Source: Gammaproteobacteria bacterium
GTDB taxonomy: Bacteria > Pseudomonadota > Gammaproteobacteria > GCA-002705445 > GCA-002716945
DNA length: 64,000 nucleotides
Direction: 5' to 3'
Assembly: GCA_038142325.1 (NCBI GenBank)
Contig: JAYQJW010000002.1
Location: 320,001 to 384,000, forward strand
Positions within the stretch are counted from its first letter, which is position 1. Each line of letters begins with the position of its first letter. This document shows positions 40,871 through 51,492 of this stretch, piece after piece. The translations under genes and the position numbers were made by a program. Below the pieces are notes generated by a model. The model searched no databases. It was given only the letters and a program-made list of their open reading frames with translations, and was not told the origin of the DNA.

Positions 40871-41812
40871 GTGGTCGTATATCAATTTAGCGGCTTTTAT
40901 TAGATTAATTTCTATATACTCATTATTATTACCAATGTCAGTGAATGATAATTTGCTATGACTTGGATTAATAGTGCTCCACCTCAAGGATGTAGATGAA
41001 ATTTTAGATGGATAAAACCCAACAGTTTTTTTACCTAATGCTGCAGCCACATGTAATGGTCCAGTGGAGCCCGCAATAAAGATGTCACATTTATTAATAT
41101 TATCGAACATCTGAATTAAGCTTTCTGTTGGATTGATAGTTTTAATGTTTAAATTATGGTTAATTTTTTCTAGCTTGAGACATTTATCATAATCATTTAC
41201 ATCACAATGAATAGTAAAATTACACTCTTTGTAATTATTTATTTCTTCACAAAGTTTGATAAAGTCTCTAGGAGCAAGGGATTTAGAGGATCCACCTGTA
41301 TAGGGATGAATGAATACACTTTGCTTTTTTTCATTCGATAAATCTTTGGTTTTAGTTAAACTAAAATATGATGAATTACTATCATTTATGTTATAGCCAT
41401 TATCTTTAAGAAAATATTTTGCTAAATCCAGATTATATTCATATTCTGGTTTCACAGACAAAGATCGATTTTGTTTTATTGTTCTATTATAAAAAATCTG
41501 TGCGAGTTTAGTTGCTGGAGCATACCTTTTTGCTATTGCTGATCTATAAAGTTTGTAGCCAATATTAAATGTGGAGAAAAAACTTATTACGAAGTCATAG
41601 TTATATCTCTTAATCTCATTTACTAATTGTGCATTGTCACAGATAGCGTTATCAATATAATTCGATATAGTCCTTATATCAGTAAATTTTTTATCTATGA
41701 GACAATCAACCTGTATATCATTTATTGAGTTTCTAATTAACTTTAATGCTGGGAAGATTAAAATTAAATCACCAAGTTTATCATTTCTCACAACTAACAA
41801 TTTTTTCATCAT
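40859..41812 (-). CDS. Glycosyltransferase family 9 protein
   Basis: RNDKLGD, STGPLHVAAALG. Confidence 0.88.
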   Translation of the reverse strand: MMKKLLVVRNDKLGDLILIFPALKLIRNSINDIQVDCLIDKKFTDIRTISNYIDNAICDNAQLVNEIKRYNYDFVISFFSTFNIGYKLYRSAIAKRYAPATKLAQIFYNRTIKQNRSLSVKPEYEYNLDLAKYFLKDNGYNINDSNSSYFSLTKTKDLSNEKKQSVFIHPYTGGSSKSLAPRDFIKLCEEINNYKECNFTIHCDVNDYDKCLKLEKINHNLNIKTINPTESLIQMFDNINKCDIFIAGSTGPLHVAAALGKKTVGFYPSKISSTSLRWSTINPSHSKLSFTDIGNNNEYIEINLIKAAKLIYDHLLD

Positions 41813-41900
41813 TGTATTACATCAATATTTAGTACATCTTACAAATTATTCTTTGTTCATGTACCAAAATTAAGATTATAATGGATTCAAAATTATATAA

Positions 41901-42974
41901 ATGAATAGAATATTAGCCCTATGTATGTCACCTGATCAAGGTGGCTTAGAACTATATTTCCTAAAGTTGGTTAAATATTATCGACTTAAGCTAAATCGAA
42001 ATATTCATGTTGCTTGCTCAGAAGACTCATATATTTCAAATCAAATTTCTGATGATAAAATTATATGTAAATCAAAAAGTTTTATTAAAAATATTTTTAT
42101 TTTAAGAAAATATATCCATGATAATGATATTGATACTATACATGTAAGCTGGGCAAAAGATTTATTTTTATCTGTTCTGTTAAAAAAACTATCTAAAAAA
42201 CCTATCAAACTAATATTTTATAGACAAATGAAATTATCACGTCCAAAAAAAGATATTTATCATAAATTCATATACAGAAATATAGATCACTTTTTAGTTA
42301 TAACAAAAAAACTATACAATGAATCATGTATACATTTACCCATTGATAACTCCAAAATACATTTATTGACATATGGGATAGAAAAACCTTCAGAAAATCT
42401 GATTGTTACTAAGGAAAAATTTTTTAATCAATCTCAGTTAGATACTTCAGTGTTTACAATTGGAGTCTTTTCAAGAATAGAGGAACAAAAAGGACAACAT
42501 CTTGTCTTACAAGCAATTAATAAAAGTAATCATGATATTCAATTGTGCGTTATAGGACACTGTATGAAGCATGAATATAAAAATAGACTCATTGAAGATA
42601 TACAGCTTTATAAATTAAATCAAAAAGTAAAATTCATTGATTTTGTTAACATGCCCATGACATATATGCCTTGTTTCGACTTAGTGGTGTTACCTACCTA
42701 TGAGGAGACATTTGGATTGATTGTCGTAGAAGCAATGCTGATGAAAGTACCTGTTATTGGAAGTAATGCTGGTGGCGTACCTGAAATTATTATAAACAAA
42801 CATAATGGTTTATTATTTGAGACAAAAAATTATGTTGATTTACAAAAGAAAATTGACCAAATGATTGAAGATGTTCAATTAAGACAAAAAATAATACATA
42901 ATGGATACGAGCACTCAATCAAATATTACGATTATGATAACCACTTTAAGAAACTTGAGAAAATTATAAATTAG
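41901..42974 (+). CDS. Glycosyltransferase family 4 protein
   Basis: GGLE, RIEEQKGQ, ETFGLIVVEAM, GGVPEII. Confidence 0.9.
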   Translation: MNRILALCMSPDQGGLELYFLKLVKYYRLKLNRNIHVACSEDSYISNQISDDKIICKSKSFIKNIFILRKYIHDNDIDTIHVSWAKDLFLSVLLKKLSKKPIKLIFYRQMKLSRPKKDIYHKFIYRNIDHFLVITKKLYNESCIHLPIDNSKIHLLTYGIEKPSENLIVTKEKFFNQSQLDTSVFTIGVFSRIEEQKGQHLVLQAINKSNHDIQLCVIGHCMKHEYKNRLIEDIQLYKLNQKVKFIDFVNMPMTYMPCFDLVVLPTYEETFGLIVVEAMLMKVPVIGSNAGGVPEIIINKHNGLLFETKNYVDLQKKIDQMIEDVQLRQKIIHNGYEHSIKYYDYDNHFKKLEKIIN

Positions 42975-42983
42975 TAAATATTT

Positions 42984-43742
42984 ATGAAAATATCAGGAAC
43001 AATTATTACACTGAATGCTGAAAAATATATTTCAAGAGCTATAAGAAGTTTGAGAAATATTTGTGATGAAGTTATTGTCTTAGATTCTGAAAGCAGTGAT
43101 TCAACTCGACAAATTTCAGAAAAAGAAGGAGCAAAAGTTTTTATACAACCATTTCTTGGGGATGGTGCTCAAAAAAAAGAGGCTTCAAACTTTGCGTCAA
43201 ATGATTGGATTTTTAGCATGGATGCAGATGAACTATTGGATGATGATTTAGTTAATTACGTTAAGAGAATTAATTTTGAAAAAAATTCTTATGATGGTTT
43301 CTCGTTCAGAAGGAAAAACTTTTGTGGAGATGAATGGATTAGGGCAGCAGGTTTCTATCCCGATAGTGTAATTCGATTATACAATAAGAAGAAAGTTAAT
43401 TATGATACTAGAGCTGATCACGCAGCAGTTCAATGTAATAATACTTTAAAGACTAAGTGTCATATTATTCATAATACCTATGAATCTATGGAAGAATGGG
43501 TTGATAAAATGAATTTCAGAAGCAGTATGAGTGCTAAGCAGTTGTTTGATGATGGGGTCTTACCATCAAACAGCAGGCCTATTATAAGATCTATATTTGC
43601 ATTTATCAAAAAACTTTTTATTAAGGGAGGAATACTTCAAGGGAAAAATGGATTTAAAGTGGCTCTCACCACTATGTTTAATACTTATCTTAAATATATA
43701 AAATTAAATGACCTTCACAAAAAAAAGTTAGATAGACGTTAA
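42984..43742 (+). CDS. Glycosyltransferase family 2 protein (LPS, KdtX/WaaE-like)
   Basis: IITLNAE, LDSESSD.T, MDADE, YPD.VIRLY. Confidence 0.88.
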   Translation: MKISGTIITLNAEKYISRAIRSLRNICDEVIVLDSESSDSTRQISEKEGAKVFIQPFLGDGAQKKEASNFASNDWIFSMDADELLDDDLVNYVKRINFEKNSYDGFSFRRKNFCGDEWIRAAGFYPDSVIRLYNKKKVNYDTRADHAAVQCNNTLKTKCHIIHNTYESMEEWVDKMNFRSSMSAKQLFDDGVLPSNSRPIIRSIFAFIKKLFIKGGILQGKNGFKVALTTMFNTYLKYIKLNDLHKKKLDRR

Positions 43743-44312
43743 GTCATCAAAAGTATCTATATCTTTAAGAGTTCTTATTACTTTATAACTTATGTCACTA
43801 CTTATACATTTTTTAAGGATATCTTTAAAAGAGATTTTATCTAGTTCCATATCTTTAAAGATCTTATGTACATTATCTGTTACTCCCACTAGATAGAATC
43901 CGCCATCTTCAGATGGCCCAATAATCAAATCATGTTTATCTAGATTAACAATGCAATCTGTGAGTTCATCGACTGAAATTGTAGGAATATCTGAACCTAT
44001 TACAATTCTTTTTTTATATATTTCTTTTTGTTCATCTAATGCAGAGTATATTTTATCACTGAGATATCCTTGCTTTTGATGTTGAGTTTTAATTTTAAAC
44101 TTCTTAGATAGCCATTCAATATATTTACCATTATCATTAGGAAAAAAATGCAAGCAAGCTTCAGCATCAACCCTTATTATTTCACTACATATCATTTCAA
44201 GCATTTTCTTTGTGAGAAATATCCTTTCATCTCTAGATAGATATTTTTTGAGGCGACTTTTACAATCTGCCAATTCAGGATTCTTAGATAAAATATTAAT
44301 GATAGATGTCAT
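43728..44312 (-). CDS. TIGR04282/DUF2064-like transferase (arsenosugar/rSAM-associated)
   Basis: K.P....KSRL, IGSDIP, IGPSEDGGFYLVG, DID...DL; in operon with arsS. Confidence 0.82.
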   Translation of the reverse strand: MTSIINILSKNPELADCKSRLKKYLSRDERIFLTKKMLEMICSEIIRVDAEACLHFFPNDNGKYIEWLSKKFKIKTQHQKQGYLSDKIYSALDEQKEIYKKRIVIGSDIPTISVDELTDCIVNLDKHDLIIGPSEDGGFYLVGVTDNVHKIFKDMELDKISFKDILKKCISSDISYKVIRTLKDIDTFDDLTSI

Positions 44313-44980
44313 TTATAAATTAGTTCTAATTTTTTTGGATCTACACCTAAATAATACAAGAGCCTCAATATTCTCATTAATAGTATTGTTCTAAAGAATC
44401 CATGTGCTTTCCATCGTCTCGCTGATGAAATCGATTTGCCATGATGTATCTCTGGTAAATATAAATTCTTTAACCTATTGCATATTTCAATATCTTCCAT
44501 CAATGGAATATCTTTATATCCTCTAATCTTTTCAAATATGTCTTTTTTGATTATTAAGACTTGATCGCCAGTTCCATATTTAAACAATCTGCTTCTAAGA
44601 TTTATACAGTAAGATAAGATTCTATATTTCCAACTTGTATCGTCTAGTTGTAGGTTAAAAAAACCCCATTTGTAACTGTTAGATATTTTTAAGATGTTAT
44701 TTATTGCCAGATCATCTAATTTTGTATCTGCGTGAAGGAATATTAAATATTCACCTTTGGCATATCTTCCTCCTGTATTAAGTTGCTTAGATCTTGCTGC
44801 AGTGTCGATATAAACCTTTCCTGATAGAGTACGTGAGATCATTAAAGATTTGTCTCGACTCATTCCATCGACAAATATTAGTTCTGCATTCAAAGTATTT
44901 TTTAGTTTATTTAAAAACGGCTTATTCTGAATAAGATTTTTCTCTTCATTTAAAACGGGAATTATTATAGAGAACTTCAT
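44309..44980 (-). CDS. TIGR04283-like GT2 (arsenosugar/rSAM-associated)
   Basis: IIPVLNEE, RSKQLNTG, FLHADT, GDQ, LMED, SARRW, Y.LGV.P..L...Y. Confidence 0.88.
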   Translation of the reverse strand: MKFSIIIPVLNEEKNLIQNKPFLNKLKNTLNAELIFVDGMSRDKSLMISRTLSGKVYIDTAARSKQLNTGGRYAKGEYLIFLHADTKLDDLAINNILKISNSYKWGFFNLQLDDTSWKYRILSYCINLRSRLFKYGTGDQVLIIKKDIFEKIRGYKDIPLMEDIEICNRLKNLYLPEIHHGKSISSARRWKAHGFFRTILLMRILRLLYYLGVDPKKLELIYK

Positions 44981-44981
44981 A

Positions 44982-45933
44982 TTAAGTTAAAGATCCTCCA
45001 CAACTACTACCTGCTCCAGCAGTGCATCCATAGCAATGGTCAGCTGAAGCTATTTTCAAATGCTTTAGTGACTTCAATGTAAGTTGACTAATATGAACTT
45101 TCTTATTTGACAATGGCAGCTCTAGCATTTGATTAAAATCACAGTCATATACATAGCCATCATGGCCTATGCTTATAAGATGTCTGCACATTACGTTTTC
45201 TGCTGCTTTTTTTGAAAAAGATGATTTGAGCAGATTCATATAATCATGGAATTTATTCTTACTGATTAGCATGCTACCAAATCTATTAATTGGCATATTT
45301 GTTATTGTATAGAGCTTATTAAATTTGATATTAAATTTCTCTGCAAGAAAATTTTTATAGTCTTTTTCTAGCATAGATTGATTTGGAGGCAAAACCATTC
45401 CTTGTGGGTTATATACTAAGTTAAGTTGCAAGTCATGATTTAATCCATACCCAAGGGAATTAAGTTCTAGAAGTACTTTTATACTAACATCGAAAAACCC
45501 CCTTTCCTCGCTGTGCATCAACATTTTGCTCTGAATAACATGGCAAAGATGCGATGATTTCCACTTTATTCTCCGCAAGAAAGTTTGCTAGATTTGTCAT
45601 TTTCTTTTCATTTAAAATCGTAAGGTTGCACCTATCAATTATATGAATTCCCTCAACTTTGAGTGCTTGAATCATATATTTAAAATGTTTATTTAGTTCG
45701 GGAGCTCCACCAGTCAAATCAACAACTTTGATATGGCTTTTGATTGCGAAATCTATTACTTGATTCACAGTACTTTTATCCATCATTTCAGTTCTATTCG
45801 GTCCGGCGTTTACATGGCAGTGGAGACATCTTTGGTTACACTTATAACCCAAATTGACCTGTAATGTATTTAACTCTTTTCGGGCAATTTCTGGAAAGTC
45901 TGTCTTTTCAATCAGAGGATAAATTTTATGCAT
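44982..45933 (-). CDS. arsS: Arsenosugar biosynthesis radical SAM protein ArsS; frameshift near 45495
   Basis: LQVNLGYKCNQRCLHCHVNAGP, DLTGGAPE, IDRCNLT, ASLPCY, LVYNP, NMPINRF, YDCDFNQML, HCYGCTAGAGSSCGG. Confidence 0.9.
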
Positions 45934-45972
45934 AATTATACTTAAATGATACAATGTATTTCTTGCTAAATC

Positions 45973-47405
45973 ATGAAAAATGAATTTCTTAATCAAATAA
46001 ATAGTTTTCTACCAAATGTAGATTACTGTTCTTTTAGATTTGTAAATAAATATACAAATATAATTTCTGTAACAAGGAATGTTCTTGAGCCTATTGAAAT
46101 TCTAGAAGACGAAGGATTAATGGTTACGGTGATAAACAACGGCGGATATGGTTACAGCGCTACTAGCAACATAACAAAAGAGGGAATCCTGGAGGCAACT
46201 GAAGATGCTAAGAAATGGGCAGATTATTCATCAGGCAAATTAGTACATGAATTTATCCCTCCAAATACCACAATAGATAATGGTAAATATTTCACACATG
46301 AAAAAGATGCTTGGGCAAAAGAATCTAATAAGGACAAAGTAGATTATTTAATGGAGATTAATAAATCTCTTAAATCTAAACCAACTATATCGAATTGGGG
46401 CGCAAGCTTTAGATACAATAGACTCGAAACTTTATTTACTGATACGAACGGTAGTAAATTCAGACAAAATATTTCATATATTTTGCCACAATTAATAGCA
46501 TGCGCTGAATATAAAAAACAAATCCAGACCCGTACGTTTGGAGGTCATGCTCATGCCAGGCAAATAGGTTATAATTTTCTGAAAGAGTCAGACTTGATAA
46601 ACAAAGCATCTGAGATAGCTAATGATGCCATTGAGCTTTCAATGGCAACAAATTGTCCTACCGAAAAATTAGACGCATTAATTGCTCCGGACCAAATGAT
46701 TTTGCAAATTCATGAATCGATTGGTCATCCGCTAGAACTAGATCGAATATTGGGTGATGAGAGAAATTACGCCGGATCAAGTTTTGTTAATCTTGATATG
46801 TTCGGTTCATATCAATATGGATCAGAAAAACTAAATATCTCATTTAATCCAAAACAAGAATCTGAATTAGCTACATATAATTTTGATGATGATGGAACTT
46901 TAGCGGACAAAAAATATTTGATCAAAGATGGTATTCTCAAAAGACCCATAGGAAGTTTTTTTCTGCTCAAAGAGCTGAACAAGATTTTGTTGCATGCTCT
47001 AGAGCGACAAGCTGGAACAGGCCCCCAATAGATCGAATGGGAAATATCAATCTTGAACCTGGTAATTCAACTTTCTCAGAAATGGTTCATTCAATTGAAA
47101 ATGGTATTTTATTAGAAACAAATAATTCTTGGTCAATAGATGACTACAGGAATAAATTTCAGTTTGGTTGTGAGAAAGGTACATTAATTAGAAATGGTGA
47201 ATTGAAAGAAGTAGTTAAAAACCCTAACTACAGAGGTATTACTAAAGAGTTCTGGCACAATCTTTCAGAGGTTGGAGATAATTCATCTTTCTCTATCTTA
47301 GGTACAGCTAATTGTGGAAAAGGAGAGCCAAATCAGACTATTTTTGTTGGCCATGCCACACCGCCATGCCTGTTTAGAGACATTGATATTTTTGGCGGCG
47401 AGTAA
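45973..47405 (+). CDS. tldD: TldD family metalloprotease subunit; frameshift in T-run near 46960
   Basis: QIHESIGHPLELDR (HExxxH); shifted frame SWNRPPIDRMGN; CGKGEPNQ. Confidence 0.9.
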
Positions 47406-48730
47406 TGAAGGATTATTTTCAAAGCATTGCAAAAGAACTTTTTAAAAACATTCAAAAAGATGAATTTCTAATTCTTAACTTTGATGCAGAAGAATCTAGT
47501 TTTGTTAGACTCAATAAAGGAAAAATTAGACAACCAGGAAATGTAAAACAAATATCATTATCCTTGAGTTTATCTAACAGAGATAAAAAAAATCTTAAAT
47601 CTCATGTAAGGCTTAACGGGAGTATAAATAGAGATAAGGCCACGCTCATAAGGACATTAAACTATCTAAGAAGAGAACTTCCAGATCTTCCAAAAGATCC
47701 ATACTTAATGTTTTCGACTAATGTTCACTCTACGGAAATATCTGAAAAGAAAAAAAATGTTGATGATAGAGAAAATTTGGATTACGTGATGAGAAATATT
47801 TCTAATTTAGATTTAGTCGGTATTTATTCATCTGGATATATTTACACTGGATTAGCAAACTCGCTTGGTCAATTTAATTGGCATAGTGATTACTCATTTA
47901 GCTTTGATTATTCAATCTATAATGAAAATAATAATGCTATTAAATTGAATTATTCATCTAAGAATTGGAATAATGATGAATTTGATTCAATACTTAATCA
48001 GGGTAAAGAAAAACTAGATGTATTATCTAAGCCTATTAAGAATATTGAGAAAGGTGAGTATAACGTCTACTTAGAACCATCTGCATTAAATGAAATAATA
48101 GACATGATGTCATGGGGAGGTTTTAGCTATAAAGCAAATAAGATTGGAACAAGTCCATTACACTTACTTAATAAATCAGAAAAATCCCTTCACCCATCTG
48201 TATCAATTGATGAGAATATTAAAGATGGAATTTCTGCTAATTTTAATTCTGATGGTTTTATTAAACCCGATGTGATCAATATGATAACTGATGGTAAATT
48301 CACAGAGTCTTTGACTTCACCTCGATCTTCTCTTGAATATTCTGCCGTTCATAATGCATCGAGTAATTCAGAATATCCTTGTTCTATTGATATGAAACCT
48401 GGAAATATTGATGAGAATGATATTCTTAATAAATTAGATAATGGTATATACATTAGTAACTTGTGGTATCTGAACTTCTCTGACCGTAATAATGGGAGAA
48501 TGACAGGATTAACAAGATTTGGTTGTTTTATTGTTGAAAATGGTAAATTAGTTGCTCCCATCAACACCATGAGATTTGATGACAGTGTTTATAGTATGCT
48601 AGGTGAGAATTTAGTTGGACTGACAAGAAAAAGGGAAATGTTAATTGATTCGAGCACATATGAAGAAAGATCAACCTCAAGCTCTAGATTGCCTGGAGCA
48701 ATAATTAATAATTTCAAAATGACTCTATGA
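47405..48730 (+). CDS. TldE/PmbA family protein
   Basis: YLEPSA, GIYISNLWYLN, TGLTR, MRFDDS; paired with tldD. Confidence 0.85.
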   Translation: MKDYFQSIAKELFKNIQKDEFLILNFDAEESSFVRLNKGKIRQPGNVKQISLSLSLSNRDKKNLKSHVRLNGSINRDKATLIRTLNYLRRELPDLPKDPYLMFSTNVHSTEISEKKKNVDDRENLDYVMRNISNLDLVGIYSSGYIYTGLANSLGQFNWHSDYSFSFDYSIYNENNNAIKLNYSSKNWNNDEFDSILNQGKEKLDVLSKPIKNIEKGEYNVYLEPSALNEIIDMMSWGGFSYKANKIGTSPLHLLNKSEKSLHPSVSIDENIKDGISANFNSDGFIKPDVINMITDGKFTESLTSPRSSLEYSAVHNASSNSEYPCSIDMKPGNIDENDILNKLDNGIYISNLWYLNFSDRNNGRMTGLTRFGCFIVENGKLVAPINTMRFDDSVYSMLGENLVGLTRKREMLIDSSTYEERSTSSSRLPGAIINNFKMTL

Positions 48731-50088
48731 CTGTAATTACAAGATTTGCACCTAGTCCAACAGGCTGGCTTCATATAGGTGGAGTTAGAACAGCGTTGTA
48801 TTCATGGCTATATGCAAAAAAAAATAACGGAAAATTTCTCTTAAGAATTGATGACACAGATACAACTAGAAGCACTTCAGAATATAAAAATTCAATTATA
48901 TCCGCTCTAGATGAGCTCGGTTTAAAACACGATGGTGATATAACTTATCAATCAGAAAGATTTGATCATTATATTGATAAGATTGAAGAGCTACTAAATA
49001 ATGGTTTTGCGTATTATGACAAAGTTGAGATAAATGAAAAAACTAAAGATACAGATTTAAGCATTCAATACAATAATAGGCTCAATAAAGAAGGACATGT
49101 TATTAGATTTAAAAATCAACGAGAAAAATCAATAATTATTAATGACTCAGTACATGGTGAAATAACTTTTGATCCTAAAATATTTTTCGATGTTGTCATT
49201 CTCAGATCAAATGGCGTGCCCACATATAATCTTACATCTGTAGTTGATGATATTGACTTGGCTGTTACCAATCTTATCAGAGGTGACGATCATCTCAGCA
49301 ATCTTCCAGTTCAAGTTAACTTATTTAGAGCATTTGGAGCTGAAGTTCCATCTTTTTCACACCTACCTATGATTCATGGAACTGATGGTAAGAGACTTTC
49401 AAAAAGACATGGCGCGGTTGACATTAACCATTTTCTTAATGAAGGTTATAGAGTTGACGCTATACTCAATTATCTTGCTAAGACAGGCTGGTCTCATGGT
49501 GATCAGGAAATCTTCAGTGTTGAAGAACTTATTCAACTATTTAGTCTTGATAAAATTACTAAATCCGCGGCAACTTTTGATGTGGAAAAATTAAATTGGC
49601 TAAATCAACATTATATTAAAAATGATGATATAGATAATATAGCTATGAGTATAATCCCTTTTTTAAAAGATATGAAATTATCTAACGAGCCAAGAAATGA
49701 CGATTACCTAAAGAGTATACTCAAACTTGGTATTGAAAGAGAATATTCTCTTAAAAATATTGCTGGCAGTATTGCTTATTTCTACAATGATCAAATTGAA
49801 TATGATCTAGACATAATTTCTAAATATGAAAAAAATCAAACAATACAAATATTGAGAGATATAATTGCAAAATTCTTCATTGTAGATTTCAATGACAAGC
49901 CATCAATAAGCGCATGTGTTAAGTCTACATGTGAGGATTTAAAACTAAAATTTAAAGATGTTGGTCCACTAATACGTTTTGCAACCACTGGCCGATTAAA
50001 CGCACCATCAATAGATGACCTATGTTTCTTATTAGGAAAAAAAAGAGTTATCGAAAGAATATCTGAATTCTTAGAGATTTATAGCTAA
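48727..50088 (+). CDS. gltX: Glutamate--tRNA ligase
   Basis: TRFAPSPTG.LHIGG, LRIDDTD, RGDDH, RLSKRHG. Confidence 0.96.
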   Translation: MTVITRFAPSPTGWLHIGGVRTALYSWLYAKKNNGKFLLRIDDTDTTRSTSEYKNSIISALDELGLKHDGDITYQSERFDHYIDKIEELLNNGFAYYDKVEINEKTKDTDLSIQYNNRLNKEGHVIRFKNQREKSIIINDSVHGEITFDPKIFFDVVILRSNGVPTYNLTSVVDDIDLAVTNLIRGDDHLSNLPVQVNLFRAFGAEVPSFSHLPMIHGTDGKRLSKRHGAVDINHFLNEGYRVDAILNYLAKTGWSHGDQEIFSVEELIQLFSLDKITKSAATFDVEKLNWLNQHYIKNDDIDNIAMSIIPFLKDMKLSNEPRNDDYLKSILKLGIEREYSLKNIAGSIAYFYNDQIEYDLDIISKYEKNQTIQILRDIIAKFFIVDFNDKPSISACVKSTCEDLKLKFKDVGPLIRFATTGRLNAPSIDDLCFLLGKKRVIERISEFLEIYS

Positions 50089-50552
50089 ATTTTAACTATT
50101 ACCGGTTTTATATTTTTGAGAATGTAAGCGAGTTTTTCATTCTTGATTACAGAGACCGGTTGAAATTCTTTTTTTGTTTGAAATAGATCGTCTCTCTCTG
50201 ATTGATTAATAACTATCGATCCAATATCTGACGATATTGAACGATGAAATGTTCCTTTTGGTATTCTCAAAGCTCCGCTGTTTCTTGAGAGCTTGATGAT
50301 TTGATACGGTTTGTCCCAATCAAAGTTTATCAATTCAAATGTTCTGGAGCCATGAACTACTCGATTATTATCTATTTGATGATAATGGACATAAAATTGC
50401 TTATTTCCTAGATCATCATCTGGAGGAGAAACAGCAGCTGAGTCATGAATTACAAGATCAGATGCATTAGACTCTTTTATTGTTATATCATAAAAGAGGA
50501 CATTTTCAGTCTCTCTAAACACTTTTTGCTTATGAATATGAATATTCTTCAT
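50085..50552 (-). CDS. Uncharacterised cupin-fold protein
   Basis: FYVHYHQIDNN and LRIPKGTFHRS resemble cupin motifs 1 and 2. Confidence 0.65.
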   Translation of the reverse strand: MKNIHIHKQKVFRETENVLFYDITIKESNASDLVIHDSAAVSPPDDDLGNKQFYVHYHQIDNNRVVHGSRTFELINFDWDKPYQIIKLSRNSGALRIPKGTFHRSISSDIGSIVINQSERDDLFQTKKEFQPVSVIKNEKLAYILKNIKPVIVKI

Positions 50553-50563
50553 ACTATTTGTTA

Positions 50564-50580
50564 AGCATAAATCATGCCAA
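50564..50580 (-). promoter_or_regulatory. Putative sigma54 promoter TTGGCATGATTTATGCT (minus strand) for the cupin-fold gene
   Basis: GG-N10-GC spacing; predicted start site falls 1-2 nt before ATG 50552. Confidence 0.6.
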
Positions 50581-50592
50581 TTTCATAAGATA

Positions 50593-50608
50593 CGGCATGT
50601 AAATTGCA
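50593..50608 (+). promoter_or_regulatory. Putative sigma54 promoter CGGCATGTAAATTGCA for the glucosylglycerate operon
   Basis: GGCA...TTGCA with GG 50594-5 and GC 50606-7; ATG at 50634. Confidence 0.65.
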
Positions 50609-50633
50609 TGATATATACCAGATAATTAGATTT

Positions 50634-51492
50634 ATGGATTTTGAAACTAATAAATTTATCATGGCTGTGTTTACTGATATTGATGGAACTTTTATAGGTA
50701 ACGACACATTTGACCCTGGAGAAGAATCTCGCGCTTATAGATGAGTTTAATAGACATAATCATTTTTTTGCATTTAATTCGAGTAAAACATTTCACGAAA
50801 TTGCCTATATGCAAAAAAATTTTAAGATAAAGTATCCATTCATTTGTGAGACTGGCGGAGGCCTATATCATCCTAAAAGCATTGGATTTGAATATAATAA
50901 AAAAAGAGATGATTACTTTATTTTATCTGAGTCTATAAAAATACATAGATTTCGTGACTTAGTCAGAGAGTTAATAAAAAATAACTTTTCCCATGACTTT
51001 GAGTTTTTTGATGATCTTAATCAGTTTGAAAAATCTAAACTCACAGGATTGTCAGGAAGTGATTTAGCTCTAGCATCAGATAGAGATTTCTCAATACTAA
51101 TTAAACATTCAGGAAATAAGAAAAGTTTTAAAGAGCTGAATGAGGCTCTTAATTCACATAATCTTAATTTGATACAAGGTGGAAGATTCTGCCACGTATG
51201 TTCAAACAATAATAAAGGTAAAGCAACTAATTATTTTTTAAAACATATAATGAGGACTAATGAAGATATGAAAATAATATCCGTTGCTATTGGAGATAGC
51301 ATGAATGATTTGGATATGTTAAATGCTGTTGATTATCCATGTATTGTAAAATCAGACAATAATCATAACTTACTAGATAAGGTTAAAAATAAAAATGTTG
51401 TGTTTAGCTCATCATATGCACCACATGGTTGGATAGAGTGTTTAGAGAGAGTTTTTACTAGAATTAAAAATCAGGAAGGCGCATATGTCTGA
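50634..51492 (+). CDS. gpgP: Glucosyl/mannosyl-3-phosphoglycerate phosphatase (HAD-IIB); frameshift near 50720
   Basis: Upstream frame from ATG 50634 carries FTDIDGT; NSSKT..E, QGGRF.H, KG.A, GDSMND..ML. Confidence 0.85.

Noticed and set aside
44982-45030. Selenocysteine in the ArsS C-terminus or in the GDCCVxC protein
   Set aside because: The candidate positions are TGT/TGC Cys codons (GSSCGG; CQYF), with no in-frame TGA.
44982-48730. Radical SAM plus TldDE as a RiPP biosynthetic cluster
   Set aside because: The radical SAM has ArsS-family motifs rather than a peptide-modifying SPASM/RRE architecture, and no precursor peptide is visible.
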